From contig CAWHAA010000005.1 of NCBI GenBank assembly GCA_963827275.1, positions 689,474 to 753,473 on the forward strand: a DNA stretch of 64,000 nt, given 5' to 3'. The notes under the pieces were generated by a model. That model worked only from the letters and a program-made list of their open reading frames with translations, searched no databases and was not told where the DNA came from. The translations under genes were made by a program, and so were the position numbers. Source of the DNA: an uncultured Spirochaetota bacterium (GTDB lineage Bacteria > Spirochaetota > UBA4802 > UBA5550). Of the stretch, positions 31,705-42,253 are shown piece by piece; within the stretch, counting starts at the first letter, position 1, and the number at the start of each line of letters is the position of its first letter.

Positions 31705-33318
31705 TTAACGGCGTTCTTTCAGGTCCGAGTTAAACGTCCTGAAAAAAGCCCTGCCCAAACCGTACAGACCCTTGATGCGGTATACAAGGGTTTTCCCGTA
31801 TAAAAAATTGACCACGCCGCGCACCCCTCCATATATGGCATGGCTGTGGGGATGCCACCAGAATTGTTTTCTCGCGAAAGGCAGGATGTCGTTCACAATC
31901 ACCATCGGCTGGGTCATTTCGGCAAAGCCGATATCGCCGTGCGACCTGCCGATGCTGGATTGCTTGAACCCGCCCCACGGCGTCTCCGCCAGGCCGTGGC
32001 TCATCAGGTGGTCATTTATGGTCATGGCCCCGCTCTGTACTTCCCGGGCTATCTTCATGGCTTTCTTCCTGTTTTTCGACCATACCGAACCGGTCAGTCC
32101 AAGGTAGGAATCGTTGGCCAGCTCTATCGCCTCTTCAATACTGTCCACCTTCATGACCGCAACGACCGGGCCGAATGTTTCATCTTTCATGGTGATCATA
32201 TCATGATCAACATCGGTCAGCACGATGCAGGGCATGAAATTACCCTTGTGGTTTCGCGGGGGATCGGATTTTGCGAATATCGTGGCGCCTTTATCCAGTG
32301 CGTCCCTGATATGCGCTTCGACCGTTGCCATCTGGCGCTTTGTCGTGAGCGCGCCGATATCCGTGTCGAAATTCCTGTCCTCACCTACCACAAGGGATTC
32401 CACGCCCTGTTTGAGCAGGTCCAGGAACCTGTCATACACGTTTTTATGCACATAGATCCGCTCAACGCCTCCGCATGACTGCCCGGCGTTCTGCATGCCG
32501 GCCCATATCGCCCCCATGGCCGCCCGGTGCAGGTCCGCATCCTCGCAGACGATCATCGGGTCGTTTCCGCCCAGCTCGAGCGAAAGCGGCGTCAGAGTCT
32601 CCGAGGCCTTTTTCATCAGATATTGGCCGACGGGCGTTGACCCGGTAAAAAACAGCTTGTCCACGCCTGATTCGAGGAACGCGTCGCCCGCGAGGCTCCC
32701 CGGCATGTTTATATAGGTGAACACCCCTTCCGGCAGCCCGGCGGACCCGATGCACTCTTTCAGCTTGTGGCCGACGGCCTGGGTTTCCGAAGCAGCCTTC
32801 AGGATGACCGCGTTGCCGGCAAGCAGCGCCATGATCACTTCCGAATAAGGGATCGCGAACGGATAGTTCCAGGGGGATATGATGCCGACGACGCCCCACG
32901 GGACGCGCACGATCTTGCTCCTCTTAAAAAAGAACATGATGTTGCCCAGGGGCAGTTTCCGGTCCTTCATGAATTTCGCGGCGTTTTTACAGTAGTACGT
33001 GGTGGCCATGGCGGTCGTCAATACGTCAGTCGTAAGGGCGTCCGTCCTCGTTTTTCCGTTGTCGCGCGATACGATCTCCGCGATCTCGTCCATATGCTCG
33101 ACGATATAAGCGCGGATCTTCAAAATCATCTTCGCCCGCTGCTTCACCGGGACCCTGGACCATTCTTTCTGCGCTTCCCGCGCCCGTTCAACGGCCCTGC
33201 GCACATCGCCCGCCGTGTTGACCTTGAATTCCCCGATGATCTCCCCATTAGCCGGATTAATGCTGATCGTTCTAACGTCATCTATATTTATGACTTTTTT
33301 CTTCGGTGCTTCTGTCAT
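31705..33318 (-). CDS. Aldehyde dehydrogenase
   Basis: ISPWNYP, FTGST, LELGGNDP, NAGQSCG, ETFGPV, PWGGFKQS. Confidence 0.95.
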   Translation of the reverse strand: MTEAPKKKVINIDDVRTISINPANGEIIGEFKVNTAGDVRRAVERAREAQKEWSRVPVKQRAKMILKIRAYIVEHMDEIAEIVSRDNGKTRTDALTTDVLTTAMATTYYCKNAAKFMKDRKLPLGNIMFFFKRSKIVRVPWGVVGIISPWNYPFAIPYSEVIMALLAGNAVILKAASETQAVGHKLKECIGSAGLPEGVFTYINMPGSLAGDAFLESGVDKLFFTGSTPVGQYLMKKASETLTPLSLELGGNDPMIVCEDADLHRAAMGAIWAGMQNAGQSCGGVERIYVHKNVYDRFLDLLKQGVESLVVGEDRNFDTDIGALTTKRQMATVEAHIRDALDKGATIFAKSDPPRNHKGNFMPCIVLTDVDHDMITMKDETFGPVVAVMKVDSIEEAIELANDSYLGLTGSVWSKNRKKAMKIAREVQSGAMTINDHLMSHGLAETPWGGFKQSSIGRSHGDIGFAEMTQPMVIVNDILPFARKQFWWHPHSHAIYGGVRGVVNFLYGKTLVYRIKGLYGLGRAFFRTFNSDLKERR

Positions 33319-33350
33319 GATCGACCTCCTCTTTTATGCATAGATATGAA

Positions 33351-34580
33351 TTAATACGCCGCCTTTAACAGCGCCAGGGCCTCTTCGTAGCTGACTTCAA
33401 CGGGAGAAAACGCGATCGCGCCGTCATTGATCGTCGCCTGTGCGATGCCGGGAAGCTTATCCTCCGTTACGCCCGCCTGGCCCAGCTTCACCGGGAGGCC
33501 GCAGATCCTGTTCAGGTTGGCGGTCATGTCGCGTATCGCCTTCACCGCAGCCTGCGCTCTTTCCCTGGCCGGGACCTTCACATATTCTTCCGGACCGGCA
33601 AGCGGCAGCAACAGGTTCTCGATGCTCTTTTTCAGGTGCAGGGCTTTCCTGGCTTCACCTGACTTCCTTATATAGAACTCAAGCCCGAACGGCAGCATGA
33701 TGGAATTCGCCACGCCGTGCGGCACGTGGCAGACCCCGCCCGCCGCATGCGCCGCAGCATGGACAATCCCGACCATGGAGTTGGAGAAGGCGAGCCCCGC
33801 CAGGAGCGCCGCATTGGACATGGCGAGCCGCGCCTCCCTGTCGCCACCGCTCTTGACCGCGGTAACGACGTGCTTCCTGATGAGCTCGATCGCTGCGGCG
33901 GCAAAGGCGTCGCTTACCGGGTTCTTCTGGGGGCCGATATAGGACTCAACCGCGTGGGTCAGCGCGTCCATCGCCGTTGCTGCCGTGATCTTCGGCGGCA
34001 TGCTCATCGTCATCCGGGGATCGAGGACGGCGAACTTCGGCAGCATCAGGGCGGAGGTGAACTGCATCTTGACGTTTTTCGCCGGGTTTGCTATGACCGC
34101 GGCCATGGTCACTTCTGAACCGGTGCCGGCCGTCGTAGGTATGACGATAAACGGCTTCTGGGGCTTTGTCAGCCGGTTGTTTCCCATTAATTTCAGGAGG
34201 TCGTCGGTATCCTCGGAAATGACGATATTGACGCCCTTTGCCGTATCAATCGCGGAACCGCCGCCGACGGCAATAATGGAGTCGCACCCTTTCCTGCGAA
34301 AAATTTCGGCTATTTCGTCAACAACGACATTTGAGGAATCGACCGGGGTGTCATCATAGATGGCGCCTATCGTTGCCTTTGTGCCCTGAAAGCTTTTAAC
34401 GACATGCTTGATCAGCCCGGCCTTGACGATCCCCTTGTCGGTGATGATGATAGGCTTTTTCGCACCGAGCTGGCCGAGCTCGTACGGAATATTCTCCAGG
34501 GCCTTGTATCCTGAAATAACTTTTACTGAATTAAAAAATTCATAGTATTCCGGCAATGTATTATCATTAATGAAAAACAT
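33351..34580 (-). CDS. Iron-containing alcohol dehydrogenase
   Basis: GGGSAIDTAK, PTTAGTGSEVT, MDALTHAVE, VHAAAH, PHGVAN. Confidence 0.95.
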   Translation of the reverse strand: MFFINDNTLPEYYEFFNSVKVISGYKALENIPYELGQLGAKKPIIITDKGIVKAGLIKHVVKSFQGTKATIGAIYDDTPVDSSNVVVDEIAEIFRRKGCDSIIAVGGGSAIDTAKGVNIVISEDTDDLLKLMGNNRLTKPQKPFIVIPTTAGTGSEVTMAAVIANPAKNVKMQFTSALMLPKFAVLDPRMTMSMPPKITAATAMDALTHAVESYIGPQKNPVSDAFAAAAIELIRKHVVTAVKSGGDREARLAMSNAALLAGLAFSNSMVGIVHAAAHAAGGVCHVPHGVANSIMLPFGLEFYIRKSGEARKALHLKKSIENLLLPLAGPEEYVKVPARERAQAAVKAIRDMTANLNRICGLPVKLGQAGVTEDKLPGIAQATINDGAIAFSPVEVSYEEALALLKAAY

Positions 34581-34663
34581 ATTGTGTCGCTCCCTTTATG
34601 AAAAATTTACATGCGTCCCCGCACAGAGTTTTTGTAATTACATCGAGTATATTGTCGCTCTAC

Positions 34664-35206
34664 TTATTTAAAGGCCGAGAGCCCGAAGATATTGATATAC
34701 GCCACCACCCGGTTTAGCATTGTTCTGACGCTCAACCGGGGCACCTTTTTAATGTAGAACCGCACAATCGTATTGGGGAACAATAACGTCTGCGCGATAT
34801 TCAAGATCCTGATCATGGTCATCATGCAGGCAAGGTCACCTTTTACATACTGCCGGTAATGGTAGCCAAGGTTCGGCGTACTGATCCTTCCGGTCATGGC
34901 GAGATAGGTGTATTCAAGATTTTTAAACCGGAGCTCAAGGTCCGGATTGATCTTCTCGTTGACGACCCTGAGGTATTTCATCCTGCCCCCCCTCTTCTGC
35001 ACTGTCGCGCCGGGGCCGTCATGAATCCCGATAGTGAAGGTGAACGGGTCCGGCAGTGATACCATCTCCTTTTGTGCTCTCGGATCAAGGTTACACGCTT
35101 CCTGTATCCCCAGGCCCAGCAGGTAGAGCGTAATCCTGACAAGGGTTGATTTAAACCAGCTTCCTTCTCCGGGAGGAATCTCCTGGAACTCTTTCTTTTT
35201 TTTCAT
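34664..35206 (-). CDS. Hypothetical protein (possible SCP2-like lipid-binding fold)
   Basis: GGGGGGT RBS; PDLELRFK and YVKGDL resemble the SCP2 pattern; first gene of the ADH-ALDH run. Confidence 0.55.
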   Translation of the reverse strand: MKKKKEFQEIPPGEGSWFKSTLVRITLYLLGLGIQEACNLDPRAQKEMVSLPDPFTFTIGIHDGPGATVQKRGGRMKYLRVVNEKINPDLELRFKNLEYTYLAMTGRISTPNLGYHYRQYVKGDLACMMTMIRILNIAQTLLFPNTIVRFYIKKVPRLSVRTMLNRVVAYINIFGLSAFK

Positions 35207-35842
35207 TCGCCACCCCCCTCTCTTCTTGATATAATGTTATAAATAATGAGGCATTTTATTTAATCGCATGGCGCGTTTGTTGCTATTCCCATCAGAAGCC
35301 TCGACCATAATACACTGTTATCATTAAAACCGTCTGGACCGATTTTTTACATGAAAGATCAAAGTACAACTATAATTTACCTAATGTTAAAATTTTTTTC
35401 AATTTTTTCGTTATTATTTGTTATTTAAAGTTATTTTATGTAATTATTAGTAGTTTTTTATATTAATATAAATCAAAACATTAACATTTACTTTAAATTC
35501 AAGGCCGATTACTTGACAATTTTTTAATATTGTTAATAAATACACGGCCTTCAATTCCAAAACCCATATCTTAATCCATACATTGCGTGATACTGTGACC
35601 ATATCACCTTATTACCATCCAACTCTGAAATAATGTCCGCTTTCATTATCAGATGTGAAGGCTGGCGGGTTGACAATGAAACATGATGGTAATTTTCATG
35701 GATCAGATGAAGCCCTGCTCGCCATTGGCCGTATCCATATGATTACCGCAGTGTAAAATTTCCCCACCGCCGCTATTTTATATTGACATCATCAATCCTC
35801 CGCATTACCTCCTGATTACCATAAGAGGAGAGACCGCGACGC

Positions 35843-36928
35843 ATGCCGACACAAGCCTACCTGATACTTGAAGACGGAATGGAATTCGAAGGGGCCCTGT
35901 TCGGATACGGGGGGGACGCCATCGGCGAGGTCGTTTTCAACACCTCCATGAGCGGCTACCAGGAGGTCCTCACCGACCCTTCCTACAGCGGCCAGATCAT
36001 CGCCATGACCTATCCCATGATCGGGAACTACGGCGTAAACGGGGAAGACGTGGAATCCGACCGCGTCCAGGCCGCCGGTTTCGTGGTCAAGGAATACAGC
36101 AAGAGCTACTCCAATTTCAGGGCGACCGGATCACTGTCGGACTACCTCGTGCGCGAGAAGATCCCGGCCATCGAGGGGATCGACACGCGGAAGCTCACCC
36201 TCCACATACGGGACAAGGGGGCGCTGCGCGGCGGCATCTTCCTCGACCGGAAGGGCGCGGTCGACCGGCTCCTGGCGCACCCGAAGATGGAGGGCCTCGA
36301 CCTGGCGTCGGGCGTTTCCTGCAAAAAGCCGTACGATTTCGGCGCGATCGACCCGTCCCTGCCGCTGGTCGGCGTGTACGATTTCGGCGTGAAGACCAAC
36401 ATCCTGCGGCTCCTGGCCGCGTCCGGATTTTCCGTGCGGGTCTATCCGTCGAGCACGCCGCTGGAAAAGGTCCTGGGCGACGGCGCGAAGGGCATCTTCC
36501 TTTCAAACGGTCCCGGCGACCCGGACGTGGTGCCCGGCGGCAGGGAGCTCGTCCGCGGCGTGATGGACAAGGGGGTCCCCTGCTTCGGGATCTGCCTGGG
36601 GCACCAGATCATCGGCCTGGGGCTCGGCGGCCGCACCTACAAGCTCAAGTTCGGCCACCGCGGCGCGAACCAGCCGGTGAAGAACCTGTGCGACCGGCGC
36701 CGTTGAAATCACGTCGCAGAACCACGGGTTCGCGGTCGACTTCGAGACTCGCTCAAAGACAATCCCGGCGTGGAGCTGACCCACCTCAACCTGAACGACC
36801 GTACGGTCGAGGGGCTCCGCCACCGCGACCTTCCCCTCTTCAGCGTGCAGTACCACCCCGAGTCGAACCCGGGCCCCCAGGATTCGCGCTATCTCTTCGG
36901 CCAGTTCAGGAAAATGATAGCAGACTGA
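35843..36928 (+). CDS. carA: Carbamoyl-phosphate synthase small subunit (frameshifts near 36690 and 36750)
   Basis: [41 protein letters not shown], then [11 protein letters not shown] and SVQYHPE in shifted frames. Confidence 0.93.
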
Positions 36929-36946
36929 GGCGGGCCGCGCCGCGCG

Positions 36947-37795
36947 TCATTCCGCCGCAAGCTCCCTGAGCGTCACTATCAGCATGTCGATCTTTCCGAC
37001 CGCGTGTCTCCTCTGTTCCGGGGTCACCAGGTCGCGATCGAAACGAAGGAATTCCCGGGTCAATCTGCGGTCGCGCAGCTCCGCCGGTTTCCGATAATAA
37101 TCGGGAAACGATTGTTCCGGGTTGAGCGCGAGCTTCCCCAGAAAGGACTTGATGGCACGCCGGTCAGGCCCGCTCCTGAGCAGGGCGATAAACTCCGTAC
37201 TGCGGTCGCGGAACAGCCGCATTCTCAGCGGCCCGGTCTCCTCCAGGCCGCGCACCACGCGGGTTATCTCCTCGGTCTGCCGGTCGCTCAGCCCGCCATA
37301 GATGAACTCCATGATCCGCGCCGTGCTTTTCGCTTCCTCCCGGACCCGTTCCTCACGGTCCGCTGGCGCCTTCTTCTCGATCGCGGCAATACGCTGGCCC
37401 ATGCGCTGTTCAAGCCGGTTGACCTGCTTTTCGTCGAGGGTGACGAGAAACGCCGTGACATCATCCGCAATCTCTCCAAAAAAATCGGCCTCGTGGCGCC
37501 GGTACCGCGCCTGCGCCCACCCGGCGTCCGCTTCCCGCAGGCCGCGGCGCATGCGCTCCCGCAGGCCCTGCAGGGTCGCGGCGTATTTCAACAGCTCCGA
37601 CCGCCGGTGCCAGAGGGAGTACGAAGCTATTTTTTCCCTGAGAAAACGGTCCTGGTCAGCTGTCGGCTCAATATACCAGGTAACGGCCCGGTACATGAAC
37701 GTATCCATCGAGTTATAGAGCAGGCGGTAGACCGATTTTTCGCACCCGGTTGCCAGGATAAGCAGGGCGATAAGCGCGGGGATATATCTTTTCAT
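36947..37795 (-). CDS. Helical lipoprotein (DUF6279-like)
   Basis: Lipobox LATGC; LLYN...WY...Q...LWHRRSEL..Y pattern. Confidence 0.7.
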   Translation of the reverse strand: MKRYIPALIALLILATGCEKSVYRLLYNSMDTFMYRAVTWYIEPTADQDRFLREKIASYSLWHRRSELLKYAATLQGLRERMRRGLREADAGWAQARYRRHEADFFGEIADDVTAFLVTLDEKQVNRLEQRMGQRIAAIEKKAPADREERVREEAKSTARIMEFIYGGLSDRQTEEITRVVRGLEETGPLRMRLFRDRSTEFIALLRSGPDRRAIKSFLGKLALNPEQSFPDYYRKPAELRDRRLTREFLRFDRDLVTPEQRRHAVGKIDMLIVTLRELAAE

Positions 37796-38053
37796 TGCAC
37801 GTCTCCGGTAAAGGCCGCCGGCAAGGGCTGGAAGGCCCCGCAGGCAGGCATGTGTATGAGACAATCAGACAGGCGTTTTTGTTTCAATTCATTTCTACAA
37901 CCATTGTGCCCTGGCCCCTGTGCCGGCACCCGACGGGATGAATTTCTCTTCCGGGCAAACGTTCCTGGCGATGATCATGTGTCAGGAATGCGACCGTGTC
38001 GCCATCCGCCCCTCCAGGTCATGACGCACGGCGGGAGGATGCGTAGAAATATT

Positions 38054-38080
38054 AAAAGCCCGGCATTGCGCCGGGCTTTT
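38054..38080. terminator. Bidirectional intrinsic terminator
   Basis: AAAAGCCCGGC-ATTGC-GCCGGGCTTTT just downstream of the FecR lipoprotein stop. Confidence 0.85.
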
Positions 38081-38106
38081 AGCATCTGGGAAATGCCGCT
38101 ATTGTG

Positions 38107-39060
38107 TTACAGGGTATTCACGCTGGGCGGGGGCGACGACGGCCCATCATCCCTGCTTTCTTCCGATTTTTTCCTTTCTACCTGTTTGGGGAGCAATTTT
38201 TCCTTCTCAGGCTTACCGCGCAGCTCCCTTTCCCGGAGCTGCCTGTCGCGGAGCAGCTTCATGGCACGCTCTTTTTCCTGTTTCTCTTTTTCTATCTTCT
38301 CCCGCTCCTGTTTCTCTTTATCACGCTCCGCAGAATCGTCCGGGCCAAGCACTTTTTCCTTCACTTCCTTCCGGGCCTCGACATTCAGCTTCTCGATAAT
38401 TTCCGGCCTGATGTCTTTGACCTCTTCCCGGATCGCTTTCGCCTCCTCCGGTTTGAGCTCGGTCACCGTGAGCCCCTTTTTCTCGTCAACCGCCTCCTTC
38501 ACCGCCTTCTCGTCAAGCTCAACGGTCTGGTTCGTCTCCACGGTCGTCTCAACGGACGCGACGACGGCATTGTTCTGCACCGGGTTCACTCTCACCGCTC
38601 CGGTGACAACGTCAAGCCGCATGGCCTTCTCATCCGCCGTTATCCTGAAGGTGGTGCCGCGCACCGCAGCGACCGCCGTCCCCGTTTTTACGCGGAACTC
38701 GCCTTTTTTCAGCCTGGCGAGCGTCACGTTCATCCTGCCGGAGGACATGTCGATCTGGGTGTCGCCGGTTGCCTGGTCCATCAATGAAGCCATGGCTATA
38801 GTGGAGCCCGGCTGTATGCGTATGATGCCAGCGGTGCCGAACAGGACATCGGCGATTGAATTGTCCCCGGTCCGAATGCTGTCGCCGGCCGAAAGGATAT
38901 CTCCCACTGAAGCCCGCTTTTCAACGGCATTCGCGGTTATTGTGACCTCGCCGACGGTGCTGTAGACTTTGACGGTCCGGTCGGGGTCTTCCTTTTTACA
39001 GCCCGCCATTGCGGTGCAGATGGCAAGGCAGATAACGGCTGACGAGAATAGGTGCTTCAT
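38107..39060 (-). CDS. FecR-domain lipoprotein (LipL45-like) with charged coiled-coil tail
   Basis: Lipobox MAGC, GDSIRTG, TGTAVAAVRGTTF, LDVVTGAVRV. Confidence 0.82.
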   Translation of the reverse strand: MKHLFSSAVICLAICTAMAGCKKEDPDRTVKVYSTVGEVTITANAVEKRASVGDILSAGDSIRTGDNSIADVLFGTAGIIRIQPGSTIAMASLMDQATGDTQIDMSSGRMNVTLARLKKGEFRVKTGTAVAAVRGTTFRITADEKAMRLDVVTGAVRVNPVQNNAVVASVETTVETNQTVELDEKAVKEAVDEKKGLTVTELKPEEAKAIREEVKDIRPEIIEKLNVEARKEVKEKVLGPDDSAERDKEKQEREKIEKEKQEKERAMKLLRDRQLRERELRGKPEKEKLLPKQVERKKSEESRDDGPSSPPPSVNTL

Positions 39061-39116
39061 GGTTTCCTCCGGAAAAATATTTGCACGGGGTATAATAGAA
39101 ATCACCCTGTTTATGC

Positions 39117-40067
39117 TCAACTCTTTTTGCCAATATGGAACGTGTATATGGCGGACATGGTGATGCCGAAAAAGTGGTCGTATTTCCCGTCAATGATGTT
39201 CATGGCTACATCATTATAAAACAGATTGTTGTAGCGCTGCCTGTTAAACAGGATCTGGTACCTGCCGCCGAGCGATATCGAGGTGTTGATTTTTTTGATA
39301 TTATAGGCGAAGGAGAGCGACGCGCTCCCGCCGTAGGAAAAATACCTGCCCTTTTGCTGGACGACGGGCAGCGGGATGAATGACCCGTTGCTCACGGCGC
39401 ATGATTTCGATCTGTTGATATTAATGCTTTCGAACGACCAGAGCACCAGGCCGGAAGCGCTCATCATGAGATAAAAATCCGCGCCGAGCGGGATGGTCAG
39501 CCCCAGGCCGAGGCCGCCGCCGTAGGCCCTCACATAATCGACGAGCACCCTCCGGATAAACATGGGGTCCCCCGGCAGAAAATCATCGAGGCGCTCCTCA
39601 TACCGGTACCCCTGCCACTTGAATCCCGCGAAGATCTTCACCATCCTGTGCACCGCGCACCCGATCGAGGTGTCGCTGTCCCACTTGAGAATGTCCCGCG
39701 TGTATTTTTTATAGGACGGGGACATGCGAAATTCATTCGGGTTGAGACTCGCGTTCCAGGCCAACCCGCGGGTTGAAGACTGGAACCTTCCGATGGTGAA
39801 CACGGTCTGGATGGACCACCGCTGAAGGAAGCCGATTGAAAGCACCGGGCCCGCCATGGCATTCGAGGCCGGCTTGAAATCACGTGAATTTTCGACATAC
39901 AACCCCGGCTGTGGTGTAAAAATTGTGCTGGTTGACTTCGCGTCAGACCATGCCGGCGCCCACCAGGCGTACCAGGCGGTCCCGCCGATGCTCAGGTCAA
40001 CCGCCGCGAAGGAAGATGCAGTTTGCAGAAAGAAGATGATACCCAGCGAAATCCCGAACTTTTTCAT
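39117..40067 (-). CDS. Hypothetical exported protein, probable outer-membrane beta-barrel
   Basis: Signal peptide, aromatic-rich amphipathic strands, C-terminal FFGITMSAIYTF. Confidence 0.6.
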   Translation of the reverse strand: MKKFGISLGIIFFLQTASSFAAVDLSIGGTAWYAWWAPAWSDAKSTSTIFTPQPGLYVENSRDFKPASNAMAGPVLSIGFLQRWSIQTVFTIGRFQSSTRGLAWNASLNPNEFRMSPSYKKYTRDILKWDSDTSIGCAVHRMVKIFAGFKWQGYRYEERLDDFLPGDPMFIRRVLVDYVRAYGGGLGLGLTIPLGADFYLMMSASGLVLWSFESININRSKSCAVSNGSFIPLPVVQQKGRYFSYGGSASLSFAYNIKKINTSISLGGRYQILFNRQRYNNLFYNDVAMNIIDGKYDHFFGITMSAIYTFHIGKKS

Positions 40068-40331
40068 CTGTCGCACCGCCCATTTGAGTTATCTGGTCAT
40101 GCATGAAACCATGCAGCGGCCTCAATCCCCGCTATCCGGAGTGGAATGTGCATAGAGCGGAGAAAATCGCGCCGACAAAGTGATCGTACTGCCTATCGAT
40201 ATAGTAACAATAATAACAGTCATGTCAATACATAAACGGCGCGGGCTATTCCTTCGCGGCAGGTCCGCTAACGTGTGCTGATCCGGCTCGCTGAGCGGTT
40301 GTGCCGGTTGTTGCCGCAAGGGCGTATGGTT

Positions 40332-41426
40332 TCATTTCGCTGCGCCTCCCGTCCTGATGACATGCACCGACGTGGCCTTGAAGGAGGCGGTGAGGGCGAG
40401 CCCTTCGCGGATGCCCATCTCCTCCACGGAGCGGTTGGTGACATACGCCACCAGGGTAAACCCGCAGTCGAGGTATACTTTCCGGAAGAAACCGGCCGGC
40501 ACCGTTCTGGTGACCGTGCCCGGAAACGCGTTCCGCGCGCTCGACTCGGGACGGTTCAGCGAAAGGACGATATTCTCGGGATGCACGCAGAAGGTCACGG
40601 CGCCGCCCGGGACCTCGTCGCCGGCCGCCTCGACCGGGACGCCCTGCACCGACACGGTGAAGGTGCCGCCGCCCGAGCCGGTGACGGTCCCCGCGAGCAC
40701 GGTCTCGGCGCCCATGAAGGACGCGACGAACTCGCTGGCCGGGTACTGCGTGATCTCGCCCGGCGCGCCCGCCTGCACGATCGCGCCCCCGTTCATCACG
40801 AGGATCTGGTCCGCGAGGCGGAGCGCCTCGCCCCGGTCATGGGTGGTGAACAGGGCGGTGATCCCGCGCGCCCTGATGATGCGCTCGAGGTCGGCGATCA
40901 GCGACTCGCGGGTCGGCGCGTCAAGCGAGGAGAACGGCTCGTCCATGAGGAGGAGCTCGGGGCCCGCCGCGAGCGCCCGCGCCAGGTTGACGCGCTGTGC
41001 CTCGCCGCCGGAGAGCGCCCCGGCGTGCCGCTTCGCCAGGTGGGTTATTTTCAGAAGGCGCAGGCTCTCTTCCACCGCCGCTCGCGTCTCCTTCGTTCCC
41101 ATCCCCCGCAACCTCGGGCCGGAGGCAATGTTGTTATACACCGACGCGCTGAACAGGAGCGGCTCCTGGAACACCAGCGCCATCCTTCTCCGCAGCAGGT
41201 GGATTGATTTCCCGGGAAGGATTTTTTCCCCCCGGTACAGGACCTCTCCCGCGTCGGGCCGCACCAGGCGCATGAGCGAGAGGAGGAGCGTTGATTTGCC
41301 CGCGCCGTTGGGCCCGATGATTGAAACGATCCGCCCCTCCCCGATTTCAAGCGACGGGACGTCCAGGGCCGGCATGCCGTTCCTGACGACGAGCAGGCCG
41401 CGGACCTCTACCAGGGGCGCGCTCAT
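40332..41426 (-). CDS. tupC: Tungstate ABC transporter ATP-binding protein with TOBE domains
   Basis: GPNGAGKS, LSGGEAQR, LLLMDEPF, C-terminal SARN...FKATSV; downstream of tupAB. Confidence 0.85.
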   Translation of the reverse strand: MSAPLVEVRGLLVVRNGMPALDVPSLEIGEGRIVSIIGPNGAGKSTLLLSLMRLVRPDAGEVLYRGEKILPGKSIHLLRRRMALVFQEPLLFSASVYNNIASGPRLRGMGTKETRAAVEESLRLLKITHLAKRHAGALSGGEAQRVNLARALAAGPELLLMDEPFSSLDAPTRESLIADLERIIRARGITALFTTHDRGEALRLADQILVMNGGAIVQAGAPGEITQYPASEFVASFMGAETVLAGTVTGSGGGTFTVSVQGVPVEAAGDEVPGGAVTFCVHPENIVLSLNRPESSARNAFPGTVTRTVPAGFFRKVYLDCGFTLVAYVTNRSVEEMGIREGLALTASFKATSVHVIRTGGAAK

Positions 41427-42118
41427 TTCCCCCTCCGCTGCTGCACCGCGGTCAGGACATAGTTGACCGCGAAGGCCAGCACCAGCAGGATAACGCCCAG
41501 GGCGATCGCCACGTCGAAGCTGCCCCTTCCCGTCTCCATCACCGTCGCGGTGGTCAGCACGCGGGTGTAGCCTTTTATATTTCCCCCCACCATGATCGAC
41601 GCGCCGACCTCGGAGATGACGCCGCCGAAGCCGGCCATGACCGCGGTGAGCAGGGGCAGGCGCGCCTCCTTCATGAGGAGCCATACCATCTGCCGCCGCG
41701 TGGCGCCCAGCGCCAGTATCTGGAGGCGGAGCTTGCCCGGCAGGCGCTGCATCGCCGCGAGCGAGACCCCGGTGATGATGGGCGCCGCGATCACGGTCTG
41801 CGCGAGCACCATGGCCGCCGGCGTATAGAGGAGCCCGAGCGAGCCGAGGGGCCCGCTCCGCCAGATGAAGATGGTCACGAAAAGCCCCACCACGACCGGG
41901 GGAAGCCCCATGCCCGTGTTGACCATGCTGATGACGAAGCGCCTGCCGGGGAAGCGCGTGAGCGCGACCGCCGTGCCGGCGCCCACGCCGATAACGGTGC
42001 TGACCAGCGTCGCCGCCCCGGATATCTTGAGGGTGAGGAGCGTGACCTCCATGACCTCCCGGTCCCCGGAGGCGAGCAGCCGAAACGCCTCGATGATGCC
42101 GTTGAATATGAGTTCCAT
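41423..42118 (-). CDS. tupB: Tungstate ABC transporter permease
   Basis: MGLPPVVVGL, GPLGSLGLLYTP, ISEVGASIMVGGNI, TRVLTTA. Confidence 0.92.
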   Translation of the reverse strand: MELIFNGIIEAFRLLASGDREVMEVTLLTLKISGAATLVSTVIGVGAGTAVALTRFPGRRFVISMVNTGMGLPPVVVGLFVTIFIWRSGPLGSLGLLYTPAAMVLAQTVIAAPIITGVSLAAMQRLPGKLRLQILALGATRRQMVWLLMKEARLPLLTAVMAGFGGVISEVGASIMVGGNIKGYTRVLTTATVMETGRGSFDVAIALGVILLVLAFAVNYVLTAVQQRRGK

Positions 42119-42136
42119 TAATACATCCTGTTACGA

Positions 42137-42221
42137 CCCCCCTGTCCCCCGGAGGGGGCACGAGGGGAACGTTCCTTCACGCCCCCTTCGGGACGCCCCC
42201 CTGTCCCCCGCAGGGGGCACG
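42137..42221. repeat. Two direct copies of a GC-rich hairpin (REP-like) between tupA and tupB
   Basis: CCCCCCTGTCCCCCG(G/C)AGGGGGCACG at 42137 and 42196. Confidence 0.8.
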
Positions 42222-42253
42222 CGGGATGGGCGCCTCCGAACAGGGAAGGAGGC

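Noticed and set aside
35210-35840. Replication origin in the long AT-rich intergenic region
   Set aside because: No cluster of TTATCCACA DnaA boxes was seen and dnaA is not adjacent; divergent promoters are sufficient explanation
37004-38965. 653-aa plus-strand ORF
   Set aside because: Antisense shadow of two well-supported minus-strand lipoprotein genes; it crosses a terminator and has no recognisable motifs
40332-42161. 609-aa version of TupC
   Set aside because: The N-terminal extension is an alternative frame over tupB; the likely start is the ATG at 41426 overlapping the tupB stop
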